Assembly (NCBI RefSeq): GCF_006345805.1
Contig: NW_021834236.1
Span: forward strand, 1-64,000
DNA length: 64,000 nucleotides
Source of the DNA: Octopus sinensis
Lineage: Eukaryota
Direction of reading: 5' to 3'
Shown here: positions 38,930 to 50,934 of the stretch, piece after piece
Position numbering within the stretch: position 1 is the first letter of the stretch
Layout of the letters: each line of letters opens with the position of its first letter
Program-made: the position numbers and the translations under genes
The notes under the pieces: generated by a model
The model's database searches: none
What the model was told of the DNA's origin: nothing
The model's input: only the letters and a program-made list of their open reading frames with translations

Positions 38930-40540
38930 ATGACCGTTGTTCCCAGGGAATGACTCATTGACCGCGGACCCAGGAAGTGTAAGTGAGATACTCAGTGAAC
39001 AATTTAAAAGTGTCTTCACTTCCCGCCTTGGACACATACAGATAAAAATCCCGGCTGAATTCCTTAATATTGCAGCTTTAAAAAGCGATGCGCCAAGCCT
39101 CGATCACATCAACATTGAGCAGGCAGATGTAACAGCAGTCATTGATGAAATGAAACGAAGCTCCGCAACTGGTCCTGATAGCTTCCCATCTATTTTCCTG
39201 AAGTCATGTAAGCAGGCATTAGGGAAACCACTTCAGATACTTTCCAAAGTTTCCTTGCAACTACCCAAAAAGCTAAAAGAAGGCAGTTTATGCCCTATTC
39301 ACAAAGGTTAAAGCATAGCTGAGGCCCAAAACTACAGGCCTATCTCTCTGACTTCACATGTCAGTAAAGTCATGGAACGAATCATCAGAAATAAGTTGAT
39401 GATGTTCCTAGAAGAAAATGACTGACTGAGCAATACACAGCATGACTTTTAGCTAGGAAGAGCCTGCCTCACACAACACCTACAGCATTATGACTGGGTT
39501 TTGAAACAGCTGCTTGACCACTTTAGATGTCATCGTGATATACCTTGACTTTGCAAAGGCATTTGATAAGGTAGATCATGGCATGATATGTCATAAATTA
39601 CGAGAATTTGTCATTGTTGGTAAACTGGGATAGTGGCTGCATGCCTTCCTTAAAGACAGAAGTCAGACGGTTGCAACCAATGGTTCCCTTTCTGAGGAAA
39701 CTGAAATCCAAGCGGTGTCCCCAGGCAACTGTTTTGGGGCCACTACTGTTTGTAATAGCCTTCTAAGACATACCCACGGTCATTCAGACAGCCACTGTCA
39801 TTAGCTATGCCGATGATACAAAATTATCTCAGGCAATAAAAGATCAAAATGAAATCTGAAGTTTACAGCGGGACCTGAATTACATAGACAAGTGGGCCGA
39901 AATAAACAACATGCAGTTTAATGCTGGAAAATTTCAAGTACTGCACTATCAACTTACGAATGCACTACAACATGCATATACAGGATCCGAAGGCATGACA
40001 ATCCCAGAGTCACAGGTAGTGAAAAAGCTTGGGGATCAGTATGTGCAATGGCGCATAATTTTATATGCAATTACGAAGATGGCAGCGATGTGCAGACAAC
40101 TGGCAGGATGGATACTGAGGTCCTTCAAGACAACAAACTATGTTGACCTTATGGAGAAAATTTGTTCTCAGCCGTCTGGACTACTGCTTCCAGTTATGGC
40201 CACCACATAGTTCCAAATTAACAGCAGATCTTGAATCAGTCCGACGCCACTATACTAAATCGAAGGAGACGGGCTTTCTCCGTCCGGGTTGCGGATCCGT
40301 GGAATAAGCTGCAGGACGAGATAGTGAAGATGCCGACGACCGCTCGGTTCAAAGTCTCTCTTGACCAGAAATGGCCTGAACTCTTTGCATGAGCACCCTC
40401 CCTGTATATAACTCCATGTCCCCCTACATGGCCTTGCTTTTCGCTTTTCGAGCCCCCAAATTAACTTAACTTTAAAATATTGAAACAATGAAGCGGATGA
40501 GCTACAGGGATAGGCTGTGAAAACCGAATCTTTAATACAT
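38930..40540 (+). pseudogene. Decayed CR1-group LINE ORF2 (reverse transcriptase), 5'-truncated
   Basis: Motifs NYRPISLTSHVSKVMERII, YLDFAKAFDKVDHG, LGPLLFVI, YADD (39806-39817), NNMQFNAGKFQVLHY, LESVRRHYTK; several stops and frameshifts. Confidence 0.93.
40260..40472 (+). mobile_element. Second CR1-group LINE 3' end nested in the first
   Basis: RRRRAFSVRVADPWNKLQDEIVKMPTTARFKVSLDQKWPELFA*, UTR, (TTAAC) tail; host frame resumes IETMKRMSYRDRL. Confidence 0.85.
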
Positions 40541-41255
40541 AGCTACAAGCCTAAATATATATGTGCGTTTGTATGTGTGTGTATATAGTATATAGTATAT
40601 ATATATATATATGAAGCAAATACTGCAAACGTATGCACTTACGTATATTTCTGACGAATGATACCGTTGAAATCACTAAAAATGTTGAACACACTAAAAA
40701 TGTTGAACACAAAAACCAAAAGAACACACGAAAAGATTATAAAACGAATATAACAAAGAGTGAAATCAAAGCGTTGGTTGTGTCACGCACCTGCTTTGGC
40801 GAGACATCAATTCTATGCTTGACTGATTTCCATATCCACAAACGTCGCCTTAAACTTTCCATGTAATCAAGCATGTCAACCAAGGAATATTTAACCATAG
40901 AACTTTCGACAGAGCGTGAAATACGTTAACATAAACTGTCTAACCTCTTCAAATACTGTTTTATTTACATACATACGTTCACGCACACTCACAGAGCCAC
41001 ATACATATGGCTATATCTATGTATATACATATGTACTTGTGTGTATATAATCGTAGTCATATTTATTCAAAAGAAATGTAGTTATTATTACAGGACCAAC
41101 GTTCGCTTTTATCTCTATAACAAATTAATTTAGGAAAGAGCGACAATAGCAAAATAACAATAACGACAGTAAAAATGAAAAGAAAGATTGATAGTAGAAA
41201 TGATAATAGGAGCAATATGAATACTATCAAGCCTGATTAAATATGGTAGTACAAT

Positions 41256-41833
41256 ATTGACGATAGTGACACAAAATGGCTGTTAGGATCGGTTGGTTGG
41301 TTGTTAGAAGATGACGGTGGCGATGGTGGTAGCGATAACGCTGGAGGTCGGAGAATCAAACAAAAAGAGAAAAAAACATCAATATTATATTAAAAAACAG
41401 GGCCTGGAAAAAATAAAGATGATGTCGATAAGGATAAATAAAGAAGAGAAATGATAATTAGGATGCCAGATAAGGCTAGTTGTATTAATTTAATAGTAAC
41501 AAGAGGAAGGGTTATTGCATTGCATCGGAGACAACTGTTTTGGAGCTGCTAGAGAAGAAATGTTACTTGTGCACAAATAGCACTGGTAGTGATAATAGTG
41601 GAGTTAAATGATGGGTGGGGGGTTACTAAAGAAATTATTGTGAACGCAGAAAATAGGGTCAGAAGAAAACATAAGTGCGGGAACTAAATTTACTTAGGAG
41701 GTGCAAAGAGTTTTCTTTGTCCTACAAAAAGTGTAGTGTTGCACTTACACACATCTTCCAGAGCCTATGAAGGAAATTTTCTGTCGCCTATGGACTGGGT
41801 GATGATTGTAAAGAACAAATCCGGTTACACAGT

Positions 41834-41888
<55 letters not shown>

Positions 41889-42817
41889 GTGTGTGTGTGT
41901 GTGTGTATTTCGTTTTGGTATTTGACCCTCCCCAGACACAATAATATATACATATATCGTTGCTAATATGTTAAACTGTCGTATGTCCAAATTTGGTCGA
42001 ATGCATTTCTGTTTTAATATTTATTTTTGCTTGCAATAGCCGGTTCTTTTGGTCAAACTATCGTAACTCCAGTTGCTTCAGATGCCGAGATATCAAAAAT
42101 TGTGGTAGTGTAGTACAACGGTTTTGCTATCAAATCGTGGAACTAGTTTTCGCTTTCTGAAAAAGCAACATTTTGTACTTACGACATTTTTGCATAAGAA
42201 CAACGATATTTTTATCTTCTTTTACTCTTTTACTTGTTTCAGTCATTGACTGCGGCCATGCTGGAGCACCGCCTTTATAGTCGAGAAAAAAGAGCCCAAG
42301 ACATTCTTTGTAAGCCTAGTACTTATCCTATCGGTCTCTTTTGCCGAACCGCTAAGTTACGGAGACGTAAGCACACCACCATCGGTTGTCAAGTGATGTT
42401 GGGGGGACAAGCACAGACACACAAACTAATATACACATACATATATATATATTTATGCATATATACGACGAGCTTCTTTCAGTTTCCGTCTACCAAATCC
42501 ACTCACAAGGCTTTGGGCGGCCCAAGGCTTTAGTAGAAGACACTTACCCAAGGTTCCACGCAGTGGGAATGAACATGAAACCATGTGGTTGGTAAGCAAG
42601 CTACTTACCACACAGCCACTCTCTTCTTTATTTATCCTTATCGACATCATCTTTATTTTTTCCAAGCCCTGTTTTTAATATAACATTGATGTTTTTATTT
42701 TTTTTGTATGATTCTCCAACCCCAAGCGTTCTCGCTACCACCATCGCCACCGCCACCGCCATCTTCTAACAACCAACCAGACGATCTTAACAGCCATTTT
42801 GTGTCACTATCGTCAAT
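41256..42817. repeat. Inverted duplication, ~195-bp arms (41256-41448 and 42621-42817)
   Basis: ATTGACGATAGTGACACAAAATGGCTGTTA...AAAGAAGAG is reverse-complemented at 42621-42817. Confidence 0.9.
42225..42620 (-). mobile_element. Family B SINE, full length
   Basis: Tail TTTACTCTTTTACTTGTTTCAGTC to head CACACAGCCACT. Confidence 0.88.
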
Positions 42818-42955
42818 GAATATATATTTACACAAACACATACAAACACACACACACATCTATATATATATATTTACACAAGTATTTTTACACCCTCACA
42901 AATACACACGCGCGCGCGCGCACACACACACACACATTTATATGTAGAGTAGTGA

Positions 42956-43370
42956 AGGCGGCGAGCTGGCAGAAACGTTAGCACGCCGGGCGAAATGCTT
43001 AGCGGTATTTCGTCTGCCGTTACGTTGTGAGTTCAAATTCCGCCGAGGTCGACTTTGCCTTTCATCCTTTCGGGGTTGATGAATTAAGTACCAGTTAAGC
43101 ACTGGGGTCGATATAATCAACTTAATACCTATGTCTGTCCATGTTTGTCCCCTCTATGTTCAGCCCCTTGTGGGTAATAAAGAAATAGGTATTTCGTCTG
43201 CGTTACGTTGTGAGTTCAAATTCCACCGAGGTCGACTTTGCTTTTCATCCTCTCGGGGTCGATAAATAAAGTACCAGTTAAGCACTGGGGTCGATGTAAT
43301 CGACTTAATCCCTTTGTCTGTCCGTGTTTGTCCCCTCTATGTTTAGCCCCTTGTGGGCAATAAAGAAATA
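42956..43370 (+). mobile_element. Family A SINE dimer flanked by a perfect 17-bp TSD
   Basis: TATATGTAGAGTAGTGA at 42939-42955 and 43371-43387. Confidence 0.92.
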
Positions 43371-43659
43371 TATATGTAGAGTAGTGAGACCCAAAAAGTT
43401 TGCTGCATTGTATCGGAGGTTTCAAGGTAAGTGTGGAGGTGCTGTTAGAGAAGAAATGTTAATAGAAAAGTACCGTTGATAGATAAATAGTTTAGCTTCT
43501 TACAATGCATGACATGAAATGGATAATATTCGATGAACCTGCTTTATCGTTCAATGTATGATATCCACTTTGTCCCTCATTGCAGCTGATGGAGATTTCG
43601 TTAAGATGACCGTCGCTAAACAACTGACAGTCTAGCAACGAACATAATACGATTATAAA

Positions 43660-44059
43660 TTAATAGCAGTATCGCCCGGCGTTGCTCGGGTTTGTAAGGG
43701 AAATAACTATATAAGCATTTTTAGAGATGTAAAGTATAATAGCCATCTCAATATGGCTAACCACAAAGGTGGGGTTTTACTGTAGCTTTTTACGTTCTGA
43801 TATTTAATAATATATTTTTAGAGAGTTACTTCCCTTATATATGCCAAAAATGCATTAAAAATGGGAAAAATTGATGGTAAATTTTTTTTTTAATCGTAGA
43901 CTCATCGTAGACGCGCGCTAGTACCCAGAAGGGCTCGATATGAATCACGACTATAAGATACCCGGTTTTGGTTAAACTGCACCGCAAAATGTGGGAGTAG
44001 TTAGGAATCTAAATCGTAGGAGACAGACAGCACACAACCTCTCTTTTATATATAAAGAT
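43660..44059 (+). mobile_element. Non-autonomous Helitron/Helentron-type element
   Basis: 5' TAATAGCAGTATCG with hairpin CCCGGCGTTGCTCGGG; 3' GACAGACAGCACACAACCTCTCTTTTATATATAAAGAT, an architecture like insect Lep1/DINE-1-type elements. Confidence 0.7.
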
Positions 44060-44159
44060 AAGGTGCATAGAATTCAGAAGGAACAATCCGTACTACACAC
44101 GCACTTGTATATGTGTGTGTATGTATATGTAAATGTGTATGTGTGTGTATATATATATT

Positions 44160-44360
44160 TTCTTTTACTTGTTTCAGTTATTTGAGTGCGGCTATGCTGG
44201 AGCACCGCCATTAGTCGAACAAATCGACCCCCAGGAGTTATTCTTTTTAAGTGTAGTACTTACTCTATTGGTCTCTTTGCCCAAGCGCTAGGTTACGGGG
44301 ACGTAAACAACCAGCATCGGTGGTAAAACGAAGGTGGTGGGACAAACACAAACACACAAA
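44160..44360 (-). mobile_element. Family B SINE, 3' half, ending in (CATA)n
   Basis: TTTTACTTGTTTCAG...GCTGGAGCACCGCC...GGGGACGTAAACA. Confidence 0.8.
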
Positions 44361-44392
44361 TACATACATACATACATACATACATACATACA

Positions 44393-44423
<31 letters not shown>

Positions 44424-45386
44424 TAAATTCAACTTACGTTGAAAGTCAACAAACAAAGTTTATTTTAGAAGCGTTGAGATGTATTGAACAAGATGAGGAA
44501 ATACTTTCATTTTCAAACGCAGGATAATGCTAATAATATAGCATGAACAGGATAAACTATCCATATTTTGCAGAAAAGTCTGTCGGTGGGGAATGAAGAG
44601 AGAAAGAGAGAAAGGAGATTAATGAAAACAAAAGGATATAAGGTTATCGAATTCTAAGGTAAAACGTGTTTAGTTTTCTATTCTTTCCCCAGTTTTCTTT
44701 ACATGAGTGTATGAGTGTGTGTCTTGTGATTTATCCTTGAGAAAATTTATGACTAAATTCCATTTTTGCTTTGTCTCACTCTCGACTCCTAACATTTCCG
44801 TTTAATATCATGTTACGCAACAGATATGGAATTAAACGGAACTTAGCACATGAAATCTTAGAACCTTTGATTTCTTCAGACAGTAGATGATTCCCATAGC
44901 CATTGTGCTGGCAATAGGGTTGGTTATTCTATTAATAGTTATAGATAGTATTTCCTTTTCTTCTGTGCCAACGTACCAACCCATTGTCTTCTGAGAGTCT
45001 TTTGCATTTTTTAAGTTCGCAAGCTTAAGACAAGTGTATTTGGTTAATTAGATATTTCATACAGAGTAACTACGAACTACATCACACGTATAATACATAA
45101 CACTGCTAAAAGATAGATTACTAAAAGTATTACTAACGTAATTCATTCTTTAAACTTCAGAACAGAAAACAGTTACGCCGTGAGATTTCTCTCTGTGTTG
45201 TTGTGAGCATAACAATGTTAACTAAATCTTAGTGCATGTAAGCGGAAATATCTCATAATAGTACAGCATGAATGCGTCTGAAATCTTAATATTTTTATAC
45301 GTAGATCTGAACTAGACATTCTCAATGACATCACGTGTTAATATAGTTGAAAAGATTACTTGTTATTTTATTTAATTTTTTAAAAA

Positions 45387-46700
45387 GAAATAACAGTGCA
45401 CAAAGCATTAAAAAAATGTATGTTTATTTCATAACGAACTGATGTCAAAATTAATACATTGTAACATATGTCATAAACAGACGAGAACTTAAATTCAATC
45501 TATACAACAAATAATAGAGATTCTATTTAATTATTTCTTATTCAGAAACGTGGTTAAAATTTTGAAAATATTATTTCCAGGAACTATTATCATCATGATT
45601 AAGGTAGCAAGCTTATCATTATCATTAGCGCTTCGGGTAAAGATGCTGGATGTTGTCTTTCATCCTTTCGGGGTAAGCACTGGCGTCGATGAAATGGACT
45701 ATCCCTCTCCCACCCCAAAATCCCAACTTTTAAGGCCCTGTGCCTATAGTAGAAAAAAAGAACGTTAGGCAAAATTCTTTTGTGGTATTTCGTCCGTCTT
45801 TACATTCTGAGTTCAAACTCCACCAAGGTCGACTTTGTCTTTCATACTTTCAGGGTCGATAAAATAAGTACTAGCAGAACAACGGGACCGATGTAAATCG
45901 ATTAGACACCTCCCTCAAAATTTCAGGCCTTCTGCTCATTGTAGAAAGGATTACCATTATGATTGAGATGGTGAGTTGACAGAATCGTTAACACGTCGGA
46001 TAAATATGTTTTGTGGCATTTCTTTTGACTCCTTTTGTTTTAAGTTCAAATGCCGTAGAGACTGACTTTGTCTTTCATCCTTTCGCAAGTACCAGTTGAA
46101 CGCCAGGGTAAACCGTTTACCACCTAACTTAAAATTGGTTGTCTTGTGCCAAAATGTCAAGCCATTGCTATTGAAGCAGTGAGCTGACAGAATCGTCAAT
46201 GCGTCCAACAAAATGATTTGTGGTATTTCTTGAGATTTAAAAAATTTTCAGTTCAAATCGCATCGAGATCAAAACTGCCGCTTAAAGAGAGGGTGGGAGT
46301 TACGGAAATCCCATGTCTTTTCTGACCTGACTAAAGGCACGTGTCCTTAAAGTTTGGGATTTTGGAGTGGGAGGGAGATGGTCCATTTCATCGACACCAG
46401 TACTTACACCGAAAGGATGAAAGAAAACATCCGGCATCTTTACCCGAAGCGCTAATAATAATGATAAGCTTGCTACCTTAATCATGATGATAATAGTTCC
46501 TGGAAATAATGTTTTCAAAATTTTAACTACGTTTCTGAATAAGAAATAATTAAATAGAATCTCTATTATTTGTTGTATAGATTTAATTTAAGTTCTTCTC
46601 GTCTGTTTATGACACATGTTACAATGTATTAATTTTGACAACAGTTCGTTATGAAATAAACATACTTTTTTTTTAACGCTTTGTGTACTGTCATTATTTC
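45387..46700. repeat. Long inverted duplication, ~365-bp arms (45387-45749 and 46331-46700), 581-bp spacer
   Basis: Arms reverse-complementary by inspection; ORF track gives near-identical peptides at 45550..45768(+) and 46300..46518(-). Confidence 0.95.
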
Positions 46701-46763
46701 TCTTCTCCACAGGTGTCACTTGGATCAGTACGCTATTTCCTGTAACAGATATGTCTGGAACCA

Positions 46764-46918
46764 GAGTGGCTGTGAGGTAAGTAGCTTGCTTATCAACCAC
46801 ATGGTCTTAGTTTCAGTCCCACTGCCTGGCACCTTGGGCAAGTGTCATCTACTATAGCCAGGGGCCGACCAAAACCGTGAGTGTGGATTTGGTAGACGAA
46901 AACTGAAAGAAGCCCGTC

Positions 46919-46975
<57 letters not shown>

Positions 46976-47195
46976 ATGTAGGTTTGTGTGTGTGTTTGTT
47001 CTTCCACCATCGCTTGACAACCGATGCTGGTGTGCTTACGTCCACGTAACTTAGCAGTTCAGCAAAAAAGACTGATAGAATAAGTACTAGGCTTACAAAG
47101 AATAAGTCCTGGATCTCTTTACTCGACTAAAGGCGTAGCTCCAGCATGGCTGCAGTCAAATGACTGAAACAAATAAAGAAATAAAAGAATAAAAA
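46764..47195 (+). mobile_element. Family B SINE, full length
   Basis: GAGTGGCTGTGAGGTAAGTAGC head to GACTGAAACAAATAAAGAAAT tail. Confidence 0.88.
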
Positions 47196-47199
47196 AATA

Positions 47200-47390
47200 C
47201 CAGAAGAAAGCTATTACGGCTATTGGCACGGCAGCTGAAACTAGCTCAAGATGGCTATGTTTGTTAAAAGACCGCAAGTGGAACCTTTCCGCAGGTAAAG
47301 ACTAGCTTAGTCCTCGCTGCTCCTCTTAGGTGAAGCGTACTAGCTAATGGGCCATACGTTCGAGACCCTAAGATACCTGCAGTCGATATG
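47200..47390 (+). mobile_element. Possible 3' end of a restriction-like-endonuclease LINE (HERO/NeSL type)
   Basis: Frame KKAITAIGTAAETSSRWLCLLKDRKW resembles the AI..AAE.AS.WLW C-terminus I recall for HERO-clade elements. Confidence 0.4.
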
Positions 47391-48091
47391 GAATGGTTTC
47401 CAGTATTGCAAAGGCATTTTGAAGAGCTTGCAAAACCTCTCAGTAGCTGCTGTATATTCCATATAAGACAAGGCATCTCTGATGTTTATTACACCTATAA
47501 CAGATAGTTTTTGCAGTCGGTTGCGAAGAAAGCAATATCTCTTTAGCCAGAATCACTATGTTACCTTTTGCAGTGAGGCATTTCAAACATGGCTGTTAAA
47601 CCTTGTATGCACTTAAATTTACAACAAATATATAGGAAAAATAAACGGAAGTAATATATTCAAAATAACGCGCATTTGCACCTTAATAATGCAGCAGAAC
47701 AGAAAAAGTATAATTTTCAATGGCGAATATATCTCATAAGGTCACATACAAACAATATCAGAGAAAATTATGTGGGAGAAAATTCCTCGTTTGTTTGTCA
47801 GCAACTTCAAAAATGCCGGATATGATAAAATGACACTATATTGTCTATTAACTATCTGGGAAAAGACATCATATGGCACAATATGTGACAAAATCTGTTG
47901 CATTTACGAATGGTTTGGTCACATTATTTTGCCAAGGATTGAGAGGAGGAGGGGAGTAAACTTGGATTCAGAAATTTTCTGTGAAGAATTTAAGTTTACA
48001 TCAGCCACACTAAAGTGTACAGGATTATCGCTTGGATTATCGCTGCAAATACAGTACGTATTTGCAATTCCTTATAAATGCTCTAAACTAG

Positions 48092-48425
48092 GAAGAAGAA
48101 AATAATTACAGATTTATTAAAATTACATGCGTGATTTATATGATAATTTTATTGTTTTCAGTAATAAAAATATCTTTTTAACATCTGTTAATATATTGTA
48201 TTTATTACGAAGAAGAAAATATTACGAAATTTATTAAAATTACACATGTGATATATAAAAATAATTTTATTGTTTTCAGCGATGAAAATATATTTTTAAC
48301 CTCTACTAATATATTGTATATATTAAGAAGAAAAAAATTATTGCAAATTTATTAAACTTACATGTGTGATTAATAAAATAATTTCATTATTTTAGTAATA
48401 AAAATACCTTTCCTAATATTGTACA
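48092..48425. repeat. Three-copy ~117-bp AT-rich tandem repeat
   Basis: GAAGAA.AAAAT...TTTATTAAA.TTACA..GTGAT...ATAATTT.ATT.TTTT recurs at about 48092, 48209, 48325. Confidence 0.85.
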
Positions 48426-48559
48426 AAGGCACTATTACACTTAGTTTTAATTTAAATTAGTTTTAATTGAAATTATACTTGCTCACACGATTTTCCATTC
48501 ACTTTCTGATATGTGTCAATAGATTCTGGCAGCAATATAAAATATTATTATTATTATAC

Positions 48560-49130
48560 CGTGAAGGAGAAGTGCACGCCATAAAAGTGACGCTGGAGTA
48601 CAAATATACGAAGCTCAGTATACTCATCATGACTACCTGTCTGATAAGGGTACACCAGCTACATTCATCTCAGCTATATGAGCGTGACATTGTGATCCCA
48701 TATCAAGATTAACAACGTATGAGTTTGCAGGTGGGGCCCAGTTAGATTTTCCTTTAGGTTGAGTAGCCCATCCCGCTCAAAAGGTCCCTGAATGTGGGTT
48801 CTTGAAGGATGATGAACGAAACACCCATGTTTCCAGCGGTGAGTTATTCAAACCCAAAAGAATCCCTCTCAGCACATGGCTACGATGCTCCCCTACTTCT
48901 TTTGCTCGTGATCAGAGATGCACATATCGTCCGCCACGAAGGGACATACTCAAATGACAATCAAATCTGTGGTATTGACCAGAATATTAGCTGTAGCCCA
49001 TTTCTTATACCAAGACATAGCATGTACATAATTCCACTTCCAATCAGTTAAGATCAGAAGGCATGAGAGCAATTGCCTGGTGCTTCTACTGCTTGTATTA
49101 TTATTATCATTATCATTATTATTATTATTA

Positions 49131-49179
<49 letters not shown>

Positions 49180-49180
49180 T
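48560..49180 (+). mobile_element. Non-autonomous retroelement-like repeat with (ATT)n tail
   Basis: ~530 bp of higher-GC sequence bounded by (ATT)n at 48543-48557 and 49096-49180; recalled as a high-copy octopus repeat, not verified. Confidence 0.5.
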
Positions 49181-49900
49181 TCCTCGTCGTCGTCGTCATT
49201 ATTATTTAAGCATTTGTTTATTTACTAATTCAGTGGATCATTCTTTTTAATTATCACCTGAACTGAAAATGAAATTTGTGATTCCCACATGTCATGAAAA
49301 ATGAATGGCTTCTATCAAAATAATCTTTCTCCAAAAGCTATGCAATTAACAATTTAAACAAACAAGCAAATGTGTAAATAAATGAATAAATGTACAATTG
49401 GAATTAAAAAGAGTTAGATTCCTACCATCATTAATTTTCTGAAAATAAATACGAAGAAGAGGTGAGAAACCCGGTTATTATTTTGACAGCTATTTGAAAC
49501 ACATAAGCAATAGTCACAAATATTTCATGATACAAAAGTGCAGTGGATCGACCTTTAAGCATACAAGGATTAAAACTCAAGTTTGTTTGGGGAAGTGTAA
49601 ACACAATAATATATATGTATATGCCTAACATGCTGGAATGAAACCGAAAATATATCTTGTGAGAATAGTCAGCAAAGGATGACAATTGGCTACCGATTGA
49701 TTTTAGTTGATTCACCTAAACCAGTTTATAACCCACAGTGTGTCTTATGTATCTCATGAGGAGGAGACAGTCGTGGAAAGATATGCCCGATATGGCAATA
49801 TGAGTAGAAAGAGAACGTTAGGTTGCTAGCTACGTAGATAAATCGATTGATTGATTGATAAGTAAATAAATAGATAGATTGATAGACATATTAATTAGAC

Positions 49901-49961
<61 letters not shown>

Positions 49962-50025
49962 CATAGAGAAATAGAGAGATATATTGATTAGATAGATAAA
50001 TAGATGAATAAATTAGGTAGATAGA

Positions 50026-50410
50026 TTTCTTTATTGGCCACGCAGAGCTAGACACAGAAGGGACAAAATACAAAGTAGAATTTTTCTTTTGGGGAAGAAG
50101 AGAAGGGGAGAAAAAAATGGGGGGCGAATTCCAATCAAAAGGGATCGTGAAAAAAAGTGGGGCCGATCAATAGGGATCGTGTATCGCAGAAATGCCAATA
50201 TAAAAAGGGAAAACAGATTAGGTTTGTCCGTGGATAGAAAAGCCTACGGAAAAGACCACAAGAACCTTGGGCAATAGTGGCATGCAAAAAGAAAACACAT
50301 TATAGTAAATGGCTCTCTTTTTTCCCTTCTGTTTTTCTTTTTCTTTTGTTTTTCTTTTTTTTCATAGGATTATGCTCAAGCTGGCTCCGTCATTCATACA
50401 TGTCATCTTT
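50026..50410 (-). mobile_element. Probable 3' end of an L1/Tx1-group LINE within a (GATA)n tract
   Basis: Minus frame KMTCMNDGASLSIIL* (stop at 50362-50364), pyrimidine-rich UTR, AATAAA at 50030-50035; (GATA)n on both sides. Confidence 0.5.
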
Positions 50411-50454
50411 AGATATATAGATAAATAGAGAGATAGATCGCTAGAGCGCTAGAC

Positions 50455-50506
<52 letters not shown>

Positions 50507-50515
50507 CGATCGATC

Positions 50516-50576
<61 letters not shown>

Positions 50577-50934
50577 GATACATAGAGAGACATACTGCCA
50601 GACAGAGCAAAGATTAGGTAGGTATGTAGATAGAAGATGGATAGACGGATGAACAGCATGAGTCACAGAGAGACAGCCAGAGACAGAGACACAGAGAGAC
50701 AGAGATCAGTGGCTCTAACGAGTTGATGTGGAATTCATTACATAGAATACAAGAAGACAAAATGTTTTTGTAATCACATAATCAATTGTAAAATATATTT
50801 TCATCAATAGTTCTCGTATGCTCTCGGGAATAACAGTAAGCCGATGAATATACGTTAGAAATTCGGAATGAATGTTACATAAGTCAAAGTATGTTTTACA
50901 ACTGATGTTTTATAAAGACGTGCTAAAATCCTTA

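Noticed and set aside
40642-40670. CTGACGA...GAAA motif
   Set aside because: Stem II pairing is too weak to support
47770-48105. 111-aa ORF
   Set aside because: No recognisable motif or splice support; AT-rich chance ORF
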